Assembly (NCBI GenBank): GCA_036391835.1
Contig: DASVZC010000019.1
Location: forward strand, 919 to 64,918
DNA length: 64,000 nt
Direction of reading: 5' to 3'
Origin: Ktedonobacterales bacterium
GTDB lineage: Bacteria; Chloroflexota; Ktedonobacteria; Ktedonobacterales; JADMIN01
The notes below the pieces were generated by a model. That model was not told where the DNA came from. It ran no database searches and saw only the letters and a program-made list of their open reading frames with translations. A program made the translations under genes and the position numbers. The stretch's first letter is position 1. Each line of letters begins with the position of its first letter. Below are positions 10,050 through 18,759 of this stretch, in pieces.

Positions 10050-10760
10050 TCAGGCGGCCTTTGCGGTGAACACCAACGCCAGCGTCGTCGTATCTGACAC
10101 CCCTGTGACGCTGGGGACGTTCGGAATCGCAAGGTTGAAGTCGCTGTAGCGCACGGTCGCCTGCGCGTGGCCAGTCAATTGTGTTGCGCTGGCCAGGGTG
10201 GCGTCAGCGGTGAAGGTGACTGAACGCGTCACTTGATGGATGGTGAGATCACCCGTCAGCGTGAAGGTGAACTTCTGCCCAACAGCGACGCTACTGGGCA
10301 AGCCAGAGATCGACTTCGTGACGAACACCGCGTACTGATTGGCTGAGTCACCTGTCTCCAGGATGCGGTTCTGAATCGTCTGATTGCGGAGGTCACTGTC
10401 GGTCGCTAGCCCAGTCAGGTCCACACGAATCTGGCCGACCTGACTCTTACTCGGCGTCGTCGCATCCACCAGAAGTTGCCCGGTAACGCCGTTTGTCGTT
10501 CCAACGACTGTCTTGGGCTGGCCAAACAGCACCTCATGCATGGTAAAGCTGGCCTGCGACGCGGAAGATTCGATCGTAAAGACCTTGCCTGTTGTGGTAG
10601 GCGCAAGGGTCGCCACGCTGCTCGCGCCAGCCGCGCCCGACAACGCGCCACCCTTCGCAGACGGCCCGAAGATATAGAAAGCCGCCGCCGCAACCGCGAT
10701 CACCAGCACTACACCTGCCCCAGCAATGACACGCCCCAGCGGACGCTGCGCCAAACGCAT
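10050..10760 (-). CDS. YceI-like periplasmic/lipid-binding domain protein with N-terminal membrane anchor
   Basis: TM/signal segment followed by the pattern FTIESSASQASFTMHEVLFG...VTGQL...LTIHQVTRSVTF typical of YceI. GAGAGGAG SD. Confidence 0.8.
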   Translation of the reverse strand: MRLAQRPLGRVIAGAGVVLVIAVAAAAFYIFGPSAKGGALSGAAGASSVATLAPTTTGKVFTIESSASQASFTMHEVLFGQPKTVVGTTNGVTGQLLVDATTPSKSQVGQIRVDLTGLATDSDLRNQTIQNRILETGDSANQYAVFVTKSISGLPSSVAVGQKFTFTLTGDLTIHQVTRSVTFTADATLASATQLTGHAQATVRYSDFNLAIPNVPSVTGVSDTTTLALVFTAKAA

Positions 10761-10922
10761 ATTCGCGCTCCTCTCATCCTCTCCCGCTCATGCGCTGGCC
10801 TCCGGCTCCGCTGGCTTCGGCGCATCGCTCTCGGTCCCATTCGATAGCGACACCCAGCGTCGCGACGAACATCCAGAGCGTACCGGAGCGACATGTGAGC
10901 GCTATCGGAGAAAGATGAGAGA

Positions 10923-10939
10923 AGTCTTAGACTAAGACT
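10923..10939. promoter_or_regulatory. 17-bp perfect palindrome (candidate operator)
   Basis: AGTCTTAG-A-CTAAGACT. It sits just downstream (on the minus strand) of a perfect TATAAT (rc of 10954-10959) in the yceI-like upstream region. Confidence 0.4.
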
Positions 10940-11094
10940 GGAAAGGGTGTTTGATTATAGCTAGTGGTTGCGCCAGGTGGGGCGGCCTCACCCCAACCCC
11001 GCTAACCCGTGGGGCCCTTCCTACCAGACGTGGGGCTTTTCAGCGCTGCCACAAACAGCCAACAAGTGAAGGCCAGAAAAGCCCGCCCCACCAC

Positions 11095-12351
11095 TTATTC
11101 ATCGCACTCCTGCCAGTCATTCGACCGGCTGAAACGTGGCGCTGATTCGATATGGCCGCGATGATAATTCCAGTGAAATTCGTAGGTGGCAGGCACTTGC
11201 GCTCCAGCAAGCGTGAGCGCGGTGCGCGCGCGGTAGAGCGGCTCGAAGGGACAGTTCGCCATTGCGCCGACGCTGATAGCGTCCCCTCGCCGTACCGCAT
11301 TTTCCACTTCGTGCTGATATTGCTGCGCGCCAGCGGAGAGGATGCCACCCATCTTCTCGCACATCTCTTTCATCTCATCGCGCCCAAACTCCGTGCCACG
11401 CAATTCACTGCGAGCGCTGGGCGCGGCGATGCGCCAGAGTTCCTTCGGGTGGATGGGCAGATCATGGTAGACGTGCGGCTTCCGGGCCGATGCTGACTTA
11501 GCAGGCACATCCGACTCATGCAACAGGTCAGGTAACGCCACTGCCTGATTCAACAGGAAGTAGCTTCCCAGCGCCTGCCAGAGATACGTCTCAGCCTGTT
11601 CATGGAGTTCCGGCGTCACCCGCCCCTGGGTCACCTGTCCCACCAGATCTACGCCGAAGCGCAGCTGGGTATCCGCCTGTGCGAGCCGGCTATTGAGCGC
11701 GGCGATATGCTCAGTGAGCGTCGCTGGCGCTGGCGATGCGCTGGCAGAAGTGCTTGCGGGAGAGTCGCTGGCCGTAGTGGTACGCTCCACTGCCTCGGCG
11801 TATTCCGCAATGAGGCCAGCCGCCCACTCGCGTACTTCGCGCGCCGCCGCGATCAGGCCCTCCAGATGTGTCACCGGACAGACGCCCTCTGCCTCGATCC
11901 GTGGGCCGAGCGCGAGCGGCAGCGCCACTTCGAGCTGGTAGTCAGGGTCAGTCAGCGCCGCGACAGCCATTTGCAGATTGGGCTGTATCTGGTGAGCGAG
12001 CGCGTTGGCCTGATCGTAGGTGACACGCGGCAGAAAACCCTCTGTCTCCAGATCAAACGAGGCGTCAGCGGCGAGAAGTTGCTGCACGAACACCTGATAG
12101 GTACGCGCCACACGGATGAATGCCAGCGCATAGCCCAACTTCGCATACGCCGCCGCGGGGGCGATGCCCTGGCGCATCTCCTCTGCGATGCGGGCGTCGA
12201 TCTGCTGCCATACGTCCGCGATCTGGCTCGCCGCGCGCAAATAGCCCTGCACATTCGCGTCGCTCACTTCGCCACGCAGCACGGTCGCATAGAAACGCCT
12301 CGCAGCGTCTTCCATCTCGCCGATAAAACTCTTGGCATGCCTGTCGGACAT
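11095..12351 (-). CDS. Hypothetical two-domain protein (no family recognised)
   Basis: 418 aa. Strong GGAGGA SD 4-5 nt upstream. Two regions are separated by a T/S/A/P linker (TTTASDSPASTSASASPAPA). Confidence 0.65.
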   Translation of the reverse strand: MSDRHAKSFIGEMEDAARRFYATVLRGEVSDANVQGYLRAASQIADVWQQIDARIAEEMRQGIAPAAAYAKLGYALAFIRVARTYQVFVQQLLAADASFDLETEGFLPRVTYDQANALAHQIQPNLQMAVAALTDPDYQLEVALPLALGPRIEAEGVCPVTHLEGLIAAAREVREWAAGLIAEYAEAVERTTTASDSPASTSASASPAPATLTEHIAALNSRLAQADTQLRFGVDLVGQVTQGRVTPELHEQAETYLWQALGSYFLLNQAVALPDLLHESDVPAKSASARKPHVYHDLPIHPKELWRIAAPSARSELRGTEFGRDEMKEMCEKMGGILSAGAQQYQHEVENAVRRGDAISVGAMANCPFEPLYRARTALTLAGAQVPATYEFHWNYHRGHIESAPRFSRSNDWQECDE

Positions 12352-12633
12352 CGATTCCTCCTTATTGACGACACAACAGATCAGAGCTTTTCGAGCATCG
12401 AATCGCTTCTGGCCCTCGCTCGCGTGTCGATCATACTACCAGGAATACGCGAGCAGGCATGCGATGGTTTCTGATCGCAGGTCATGTCTGCGCTGCAAAG
12501 CTACAATACTACGTCGCGAACTGCTCAGAACCGTTTGGTGGCAAGCGTCCATGGTATACATTGAACGAAAAGACCTGTGCATTGGATGGGGAATCCGTCT
12601 GGATAGTGAGTTGGCGGTCGAAAGGAGTGCAGG

Positions 12634-13185
12634 ATGCCAGTGAACAGCGCGTCATCGAGCGGTATGGCCGACCAGAACGCCGTGCGACTCGAGCCATGGA
12701 GCGAGAACGACCTGGCGCTCGATCAGCAAATGCTCGGTGATCCAGAGATGACCCGCTATTTGGGTGGCCCCGAAAGCGCTGAAGCGACTGCCCGGCGTCA
12801 CGCCGGCAAATTGCGGCTTCCAGACACTGGCGCTGGCCGGACATTTAAGATCGTTCTCCAGGCTACAGGCGAGGCCGTCGGGTCGGTGGGCTACTGGGAA
12901 AATACCTGGCATGAGGAAGACATCTATGAGATCGGGTGGTTAGTGCTGGCGACGTTCCAGAGGCGGGGCATCGCGAGCGTGGCCACAGCCCAGGCGATTG
13001 CCCAGGCCAGAGCCGATGGGAAGCATCGCTTTCTGCATGCTTTCCCGTCTGTCGAGAACGGTCCGTCCAATGGAATCTGCCGGAAACTGGGGTTCACGCT
13101 GATGGAGGCCTTCGAGTCTGAGTATCCCAAGGGCCATTTCATGCAGTGCAATGACTGGCGCCTTGACCTCGTCGGGGACAGCTAG
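12634..13185 (+). CDS. GNAT family N-acetyltransferase (RimJ/RimL-like)
   Basis: 183 aa. Acetyl-CoA motif FQRRGIASVATAQAI. AAAGGAG SD. Confidence 0.85.
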   Translation: MPVNSASSSGMADQNAVRLEPWSENDLALDQQMLGDPEMTRYLGGPESAEATARRHAGKLRLPDTGAGRTFKIVLQATGEAVGSVGYWENTWHEEDIYEIGWLVLATFQRRGIASVATAQAIAQARADGKHRFLHAFPSVENGPSNGICRKLGFTLMEAFESEYPKGHFMQCNDWRLDLVGDS

Positions 13186-13193
13186 AACGCATC

Positions 13194-13349
13194 TTGGAAG
13201 CTCTGGCCCGCAATCTCAAAGCGCGGAGCGCATCTTCCGCGTGGCTCGGCGATTTCCGGCGCTTGATCGTGCGCTACGAGCGCCAGGCCCTCAACCACTT
13301 CGGGTTCGTCCATCTGGGGTGCATCCTCATCTTGCTCCGTCGGCGTCTA
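13194..13349 (+). pseudogene. IS5/IS4-family DDE transposase C-terminal remnant
   Basis: Translates to ...SSAWLGDFRRLIVRYERQALNHFGFVHLGCILILLRR, the conserved C-terminal tail of IS5-type transposases. No upstream catalytic part, and no inverted repeats recognised. Confidence 0.5.
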
Positions 13350-13415
13350 GGAGGTGGCTTGCAGTGGCGTGAGTTTACGAGGCTCATCGGCGTATCCCTG
13401 CACTGGCCGTGCGCT

Positions 13416-13838
13416 TTATGCCTCTAGCTCTGACCCAGGCTCTGTCCTGCTCCCGTGGCCCTGCGCAGGCGAGCGCTTCCGCTTGCTGGACCGCGCTTCG
13501 GCCAGTTGCTGCTGCAGCGCGGCATTCTTGGCTTGCAGCGCGGTGATTTGCTCCTGCAGCGCGAAAATCCGCCGGATGCCTTCCATGTTGACTCCTGCCT
13601 CTGCCAACTCAGCGACTTCCTCGATCTGAGTCAGGTCGTCGTCCGAATAGCGTCTGGTGTTGCCACTGGTCCGAAGCGGAGTGAGCAGGCCGCCTTCCTC
13701 CATGCGGCGTAACTGCTGCTGAGGCACGCCTGATAAATCGGAGGCGACCGCGATGGAGTATTTAGGCAAGGTCGTATCCTGCAGCGACCTGGGAACACGT
13801 GCGGTGTGGGCGCCTTTCGGCTGTTTTTTCGATGTCAC
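13416..13838 (-). CDS. MerR-family heat-shock regulator (HspR-like)
   Basis: HTH YSIAVASDLSGVPQQQLRRMEEGGLLTPLRTSGNTRRYSDDDL followed by a coiled coil. GTG start. Lies downstream of hsp20 on the same strand. Confidence 0.85.
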   Translation of the reverse strand: MTSKKQPKGAHTARVPRSLQDTTLPKYSIAVASDLSGVPQQQLRRMEEGGLLTPLRTSGNTRRYSDDDLTQIEEVAELAEAGVNMEGIRRIFALQEQITALQAKNAALQQQLAEARSSKRKRSPAQGHGSRTEPGSELEA

Positions 13839-13861
13839 CTGACTACCTCTTCGACACAGAG

Positions 13862-13920
13862 AGCGCTACGCCTGATTGGAGAGCATTCCAGCTTTGCCGC
13901 CTCCAATCGGGCGTAGCGCT
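13862..13920 (-). promoter_or_regulatory. 59-nt intercistronic hairpin between hsp20 and the hspR-like gene
   Basis: AGCGCTACGCC-t-GATTGGAG (13862-13881) pairs with CTCCAATC-g-GGCGTAGCGCT (13901-13920): 11 + 8 bp perfect arms, 19-nt loop. Confidence 0.6.
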
Positions 13921-13984
13921 ACCGTCACGTGCACGGTACCCGCGACAAGGTCACCGCCTAACTCAGTCTCAGCCTATTTGAAGC

Positions 13985-14524
13985 CTAGTTGCCGCCAGCA
14001 GGCTGCGCTATGCGGGCGTCTTGCTCGACAAACGGATGGTCAGCCAATTGGCTCCCCGTGCCAGTCTCTTGGATGGTGATGCGTTTGGGCTGAGCGTGCT
14101 GCGCAACGGGGATTTCCACCGTCAGAATACCCCGCTCATAGTGCGCCCTGACAGCATCACCATCTACGTCTTTGGGAAAACTCACCGACCGGGTAAACTC
14201 GCCAGTCCCGAATTCACGCAGAAGATAGACGGCCTCTTTCTGCTGCTCCGCACCAAGCAGATCGGGGAACTTGGCCTTGATCGTGAGCGTATTCTGCCGT
14301 ACCGTCAGTTCAGTATCCTCAGGGTGGACGCCGGGCAAGAGCACCTGGCAAAGATACATACCCTTGACTTCGAGCACATTCAAATGCCCCACAGATCCTC
14401 CCGCACTGAGTCCAGACGATGGTCCAAAGCCCGGCCGCATCACCGCTTGCTCAAAGAGTTGACTCATGGCATCGCGAAGCGAGGTTGCGTCCCGGATCGG
14501 GTCCCACTGCATCAGAGAAGACAT
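13985..14524 (-). CDS. Hsp20/alpha-crystallin small heat-shock protein
   Basis: 179 aa. Alpha-crystallin domain (...AHYERGILTVEIP). GGAGGGTG SD. Confidence 0.9.
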   Translation of the reverse strand: MSSLMQWDPIRDATSLRDAMSQLFEQAVMRPGFGPSSGLSAGGSVGHLNVLEVKGMYLCQVLLPGVHPEDTELTVRQNTLTIKAKFPDLLGAEQQKEAVYLLREFGTGEFTRSVSFPKDVDGDAVRAHYERGILTVEIPVAQHAQPKRITIQETGTGSQLADHPFVEQDARIAQPAGGN

Positions 14525-15232
14525 GTGCTACACCCTCCATTGTGTGTGCTAACTGTCGTGCTCTCGCGCCTGTTCGCAGCTGGATAGGCGACGCCGTTGG
14601 ACACCGCAGGTACGCCGATAGGAGTGGCCCGGCATGGACGATGTTCGTTCCACTGTCTCCAGCCTGCGTCGTGGAGAGCGCCCTACTGCAGAGAAGAACA
14701 TGACCGTGTCTCCTGCAGAGACGACGGTACAACCAACGCCTATACCGTAAAATATCTCACAATATTTGTCAAGAATACTACCTATATTCTAACAATTATT
14801 TAACACTGTATTGCTGGTTACCTCACGATAATCGTGCGAACTATTTGCGGCCGGGAGTCAGCGCTCGCGTCAGTGACCGCCATCTCTACCTAAGAGGCGA
14901 GCGTTTGGGAGGCTTCCATGACAGTTACCATTCTTAACCACCAGCTTGCTACTGACGAACGATGTTGTTCCTTCGGTTTTTTTGCACTCGCCGATCACAA
15001 GCAGGGGCCAGGTATCTCGTAGATACCTGAGGCGCCCATCGGCCTCCGAAGAGCAGTACGTTCGTTGGAGACGCACCCATGTATGAGATGGCGACTAGTC
15101 ATACCAATGTCGGTTGTGGTGTTGGCGCAGCGGTCAACCTCATGCGCCAAGCCAATACCCGAGCCGAAATCAGTATCAGCCATTCCCAGGCAAGAGAAAG
15201 GAAGCGTTGCGCTCCAGGGTCATCACAGTTCG

Positions 15233-15628
15233 CTAGGCAGCAGGCGTGGAGAAGCGCTGCTCCAGAAATTGCACGACCTCTAGCAGCGCATCGCGCTCGA
15301 ACGGCTTCGGCAAAATCTGCGCGCCAAGCTGCCGAAGCAGGTCCGAGAGATACGGCGGAAAGTTCGCGGCCATGCTGGAGATGGCGACATAGGCATAGCG
15401 CGGCTGGACGAATCCCTCCTCAGCCGCGCGGTTGAGCGCCTCGAACCCGTTGAGATTCGGCATCTCATAGTCCATCAGCACGATTTTCGGCGCAGCGCCC
15501 TTGCGGAGCGCATCCAGCGCTTCCAGACCATCAGCCGCCTCCGAGGTTTCGTACCCAGCCTCAGTGAGCCAGTCGCGCAGCATCACCCGCACTGTGGGAC
15601 TATCATCAACGATGAGGACGGGTATCAT
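15233..15628 (-). CDS. Single-domain response regulator (CheY-like)
   Basis: VLIVDDSPTVR ... IVLMDYEMPNLNG ... ILPKPF receiver motifs. 131 aa. Confidence 0.85.
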   Translation of the reverse strand: MIPVLIVDDSPTVRVMLRDWLTEAGYETSEAADGLEALDALRKGAAPKIVLMDYEMPNLNGFEALNRAAEEGFVQPRYAYVAISSMAANFPPYLSDLLRQLGAQILPKPFERDALLEVVQFLEQRFSTPAA

Positions 15629-15752
15629 GACCGCTCACTTTCTGCCGACTAGAGAATCGCATCGCCGCCATGATACCTGAATATCGCCAAGCAGGCGAGA
15701 GCTATGGGACTGTCCGGCCACATCCTGACGTAGCACACGCAAGTCGAAGCGT

Positions 15753-16403
15753 TTACAACTCCCAGGCGCGCAATCCTTCATCGAGCGCAGCGGCGAGTTC
15801 GTTCTGCTGCTTCGTGAAGAAGTGGTCAGCGCCGGGGATGATTGTGAGGCGCTTCGGCTCAGGCAGATTGGCGTACCACGCCTCCAGCTGGTCACGTGGG
15901 CCGTACTCGTCGAGTTCGCCCTGGATGATCAGCTTGGGCTTGACGCAGCCTGCCAGCGAACTCACCTGCAGCAGCCGAACGGGCACGCCAGCGCCGAGCA
16001 GATGCGTCACACGCGGATCGGCGGCGCCCACGGGCAGCCCCGTCCACGCGCCAAACGAAAACCCCGCGAGCAGCAGCGGCGCCCCAGGGAAGCGCGCATC
16101 CAGCGCATCTAACCCCGCGCGGATGTCGTCCGCCTCACCGCGTCCGTCGTCGTAGGAGCCGGTGCTGCGCCCCACGCCACGGAAGTTGAAGCGCAACGCC
16201 GGAATGCCATGATCCACCAGCGCCGCCGCGATCCGGAACACGACTTTGTTGTGCATGGTGCCGCCGAACTGCGGATGTGGATGGCAGACGAGCGCCGCCA
16301 TCTTCGGCGACGACTCAGCGGGCGTCTGCTCGTCGGGCAGACGCAGCAATCCTTCGAGCAGGCCGTGCGGCGCGGGAATGTCTGTCTGGATGAGTTGTGC
16401 CAT
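15753..16403 (-). CDS. Alpha/beta hydrolase (COG2945-like)
   Basis: HPHPQFGGTMHNKVV and nucleophile elbow GFSFGA. Its SD lies inside the tyrS 3' end, suggesting co-transcription with tyrS. Confidence 0.85.
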   Translation of the reverse strand: MAQLIQTDIPAPHGLLEGLLRLPDEQTPAESSPKMAALVCHPHPQFGGTMHNKVVFRIAAALVDHGIPALRFNFRGVGRSTGSYDDGRGEADDIRAGLDALDARFPGAPLLLAGFSFGAWTGLPVGAADPRVTHLLGAGVPVRLLQVSSLAGCVKPKLIIQGELDEYGPRDQLEAWYANLPEPKRLTIIPGADHFFTKQQNELAAALDEGLRAWEL

Positions 16404-16410
16404 GCGTGGG

Positions 16411-17703
16411 CTACTCCTCCACCATCAGCAGGTGGTATTTGTTCTTGCCCGCGCGTAGCAGCAACGCACGCCCAAACAACGCTTTCTCCACTGAAATAGG
16501 CTTCTCCGGGTCAGCCCAGCGTTCATCATTGATATAGACGCCGCCCTGCTGCATCAACCGCCGCGCCGCGCCACGCGAGGGCTGCGCGCCCGAGAGGGTC
16601 AGCGCGTCCAGCGGCGAGAGGCCAGCCGCCAGCGCAGAGGCCGCGATGGTCGTCGTCGGCACAGCCTGCGCCAGGAAGGGCAGCGTCTCAGGCCGCAACT
16701 GCTCGACCCCCGCGCCAAACAGCACATCAGAGGCTGCCGCGACACCATCGGCGACCGCTTTGCCGTGCACCAGCAGCGTAATCTCGTAGGCCAGCCGTCG
16801 CTGTGTCACACGGCTGGAGGGCTGCTCCTTCTGCTGGCGCTCCAACTCGGCAATCTCGTCGAGCGACAGGAAGGTAAAGACCCTTAGATACTGGCCCGCG
16901 TCACGGTCATCCGTGTTGATCCAGTACTGGTACATCTCATATGGCGTCGTCATCTCAGGGTCGAGGTAGAGCGCGCCGCTCTCCGTCTTGCCGAGTTTGG
17001 CGCCACTCGCGGACGTGACGAGAGGCGCCGTCAGCGCATGCGCATGCGCCTCACGCGTCTTGCGGATGAGGTCTACGCCAGCGGTGAGATTGCCCCACTG
17101 ATCATTGCCACCCACCTGCGCCATACAGCCATATTCATCGTAGAGATGCTGAAAGTCCGCCGCCTGCAAGATCATGTAGCTAAACTCGGCGTAAGAGATG
17201 CCATGCTCCTGGCTCTCGATGCGCGTCTTGACAGATTCCTTGGCCATCATGTGATTGACGGTGAAGTACTTGCCAACATCGCGCAGGTATTCGATCAGCG
17301 TCATCTTGCCGAGCCAGTCCACGTTGTTGACCATGATGGCGGGATTCTCGCCCTCGAAGTCGAGGTAGCCAGAGAGTTGCTGGCGAACGCGCTCAGCGTT
17401 GTGGGCTACCTGCTCTTCGGTGAGCATGTTGCGCTCATCGGACTTGAAGCTCGGGTCGCCAATCATACCGGTGCCCCCACCGACCAGCAGAATGGGCCGA
17501 TGCCCAGCGCGCTGGAAATGTGAAAGCAGGATGATCGGCACCACATTGCCGATTTGCAGGCTCGGACGAGTGGGGTCGAAGCCACAATAGACCGTCAGCC
17601 GCTCGCGATTAGCTGCCTCTTCCAGGCCGCTCTCGGTCATCTGGCTGATGAGGCCACGCTCCCGCAGCGTGGCGATCACATTGGTCACTGGCTTGTTCGA
17701 CAT
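16411..17703 (-). CDS. tyrS: Tyrosine--tRNA ligase
   Basis: 430 aa. Class-I motifs (HIGN-type LQIGNVVP, KLGKTESG = KMSKS) and a C-terminal S4 domain. Confidence 0.95.
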   Translation of the reverse strand: MSNKPVTNVIATLRERGLISQMTESGLEEAANRERLTVYCGFDPTRPSLQIGNVVPIILLSHFQRAGHRPILLVGGGTGMIGDPSFKSDERNMLTEEQVAHNAERVRQQLSGYLDFEGENPAIMVNNVDWLGKMTLIEYLRDVGKYFTVNHMMAKESVKTRIESQEHGISYAEFSYMILQAADFQHLYDEYGCMAQVGGNDQWGNLTAGVDLIRKTREAHAHALTAPLVTSASGAKLGKTESGALYLDPEMTTPYEMYQYWINTDDRDAGQYLRVFTFLSLDEIAELERQQKEQPSSRVTQRRLAYEITLLVHGKAVADGVAAASDVLFGAGVEQLRPETLPFLAQAVPTTTIAASALAAGLSPLDALTLSGAQPSRGAARRLMQQGGVYINDERWADPEKPISVEKALFGRALLLRAGKNKYHLLMVEE

Positions 17704-18012
17704 ACGTCCTCACGCTCCGCTACAACGCCTCTCGATTGGAGGCGGTGGTTCCCAGAATGGTTCACGCCGCACCTGCTGCGGTCGCTCCATTGTACGGCGC
17801 CACCCAGGCGCGACGCGAGTGGGCGGTATTCAGGCTCTGATACCATTCCGCGTTCTAACTGCTCACCCGAAGATGGGAATGTTCGTTTCTGCGGCGCCTG
17901 CTGTCCTAACGTCTTTTCTTCATCGGGAGCAGGAATCACGCACCCTCTAGACAAGGCGAGGAGCTTGCCAGAGACACATCGGGACCCCAAATATCTCCTC
18001 CTTGACGACGCT

Positions 18013-18059
18013 AATATATCATGCCAATATATCATCTAGATATATTTGTGCGATATATT
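18013..18059. promoter_or_regulatory. Array of four 8-mers at an exact 13-bp period (candidate PadR operator overlapping a promoter)
   Basis: AATATATC at 18013 and 18026; its complement GATATATT at 18039 and 18052. TTGACG (18002-18007), 17-nt spacer, CAATAT (18025-18030) overlaps the array. Confidence 0.55.
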
Positions 18060-18082
18060 CACTCTGGAAAGAGGAAGAACGC

Positions 18083-18712
18083 ATGGCGAGCGAGCATGTG
18101 ATTCTGGGGGTAATCAGCTTCACCCCCTGTTCTGGTTACGATATGAAGGCCGAGTTTGAGCAAGGGGGCGCAGGCCTGCTCTCGGCTCTGAGCTTTGGCA
18201 GCATCTATCCGCGCCTGAAACAGCTTGAAGAAGAGGGGGTGGTTGAGGTGCTGCAGGCAGAACATGAGGGCCGGCGTAGGAGAGTCTATGAATTGACCGC
18301 GCGCGGCTGGCAAGAACTGGCGAACTGGTTGGAGCAACCTTCTGACTACCCCCGACCCTGGCACGACGAACTGCTGCTCAAAATGATCTTCTGGGGACCA
18401 GCGGCAGCGGATCGAACAGTTCTGGTCGAGCACCTGCAGGAGCGGCGCCGTGAGGCGCGGCGTTTCCTGGCGGAATTGCTCGCGTGGCAGCAGAATGGAA
18501 TCTCCTTCGTCGATGAATACTCAGAACTGGTGTTCAGCTACGGTGAGATGCGTCTGGAGTCCGAACTGGCCTGGCTCGACAGGGCGCTGGCGCAATTAGA
18601 GGGGCCGGAGCGTCCACCAGCGCAGGACCCCACCAATCTCGCTGCCGAGCAGAAGGCCAGGCGAACCAGGGCGTTTGCGCAGCAAGATCAGGGCAAACAG
18701 GCTCAGGAGTGA
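18083..18712 (+). CDS. PadR-family transcriptional regulator
   Basis: ORF 18002-18712. ATG at 18083 with a GAGGAAG SD. Motif GYDMKAEFEQ...SFGSIYPRLKQLEEEGVV. Confidence 0.85.
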   Translation: MASEHVILGVISFTPCSGYDMKAEFEQGGAGLLSALSFGSIYPRLKQLEEEGVVEVLQAEHEGRRRRVYELTARGWQELANWLEQPSDYPRPWHDELLLKMIFWGPAAADRTVLVEHLQERRREARRFLAELLAWQQNGISFVDEYSELVFSYGEMRLESELAWLDRALAQLEGPERPPAQDPTNLAAEQKARRTRAFAQQDQGKQAQE

Positions 18713-18759
18713 ACATGGAAGTGAACACACGCACACGGTAGGTTTGAAAGGACATCAAC

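Noticed and set aside
10976-11090. Four copies of GTGGGGC (three direct, one inverted) downstream of the 11095 gene.
   Set aside because: A short G-rich heptamer in a high-GC genome. Chance occurrence, or simply part of terminator-like pairing (GTGGGGCTTTTC / GAAAAGCCCGCCCCAC), is sufficient explanation.
14918-15022. 34-codon ORF with a Cys-Cys motif considered as a RiPP precursor.
   Set aside because: No modifying enzyme, protease or transporter genes typical of RiPP clusters are adjacent. Coding status is itself unproven. It is kept only as part of the intergenic-region finding.
17704-18000. Possible T-box leader upstream of tyrS (minus strand). A GGGUGGCGCCG motif (rc of about 17797-17807) resembles the T-box core GGGUGGUACCGCG, and a UAC triplet occurs in GAAUACC.
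   Set aside because: The UGGC would pair with a G73 discriminator, whereas bacterial tRNA-Tyr has A73. The UAC sits inside a GGUAU/AUACC stem rather than a specifier loop. I could not assemble Stem I features (K-turn, AG bulge, distal loop) or a convincing antiterminator/sequestrator. An Infernal RF00230 scan would decide.
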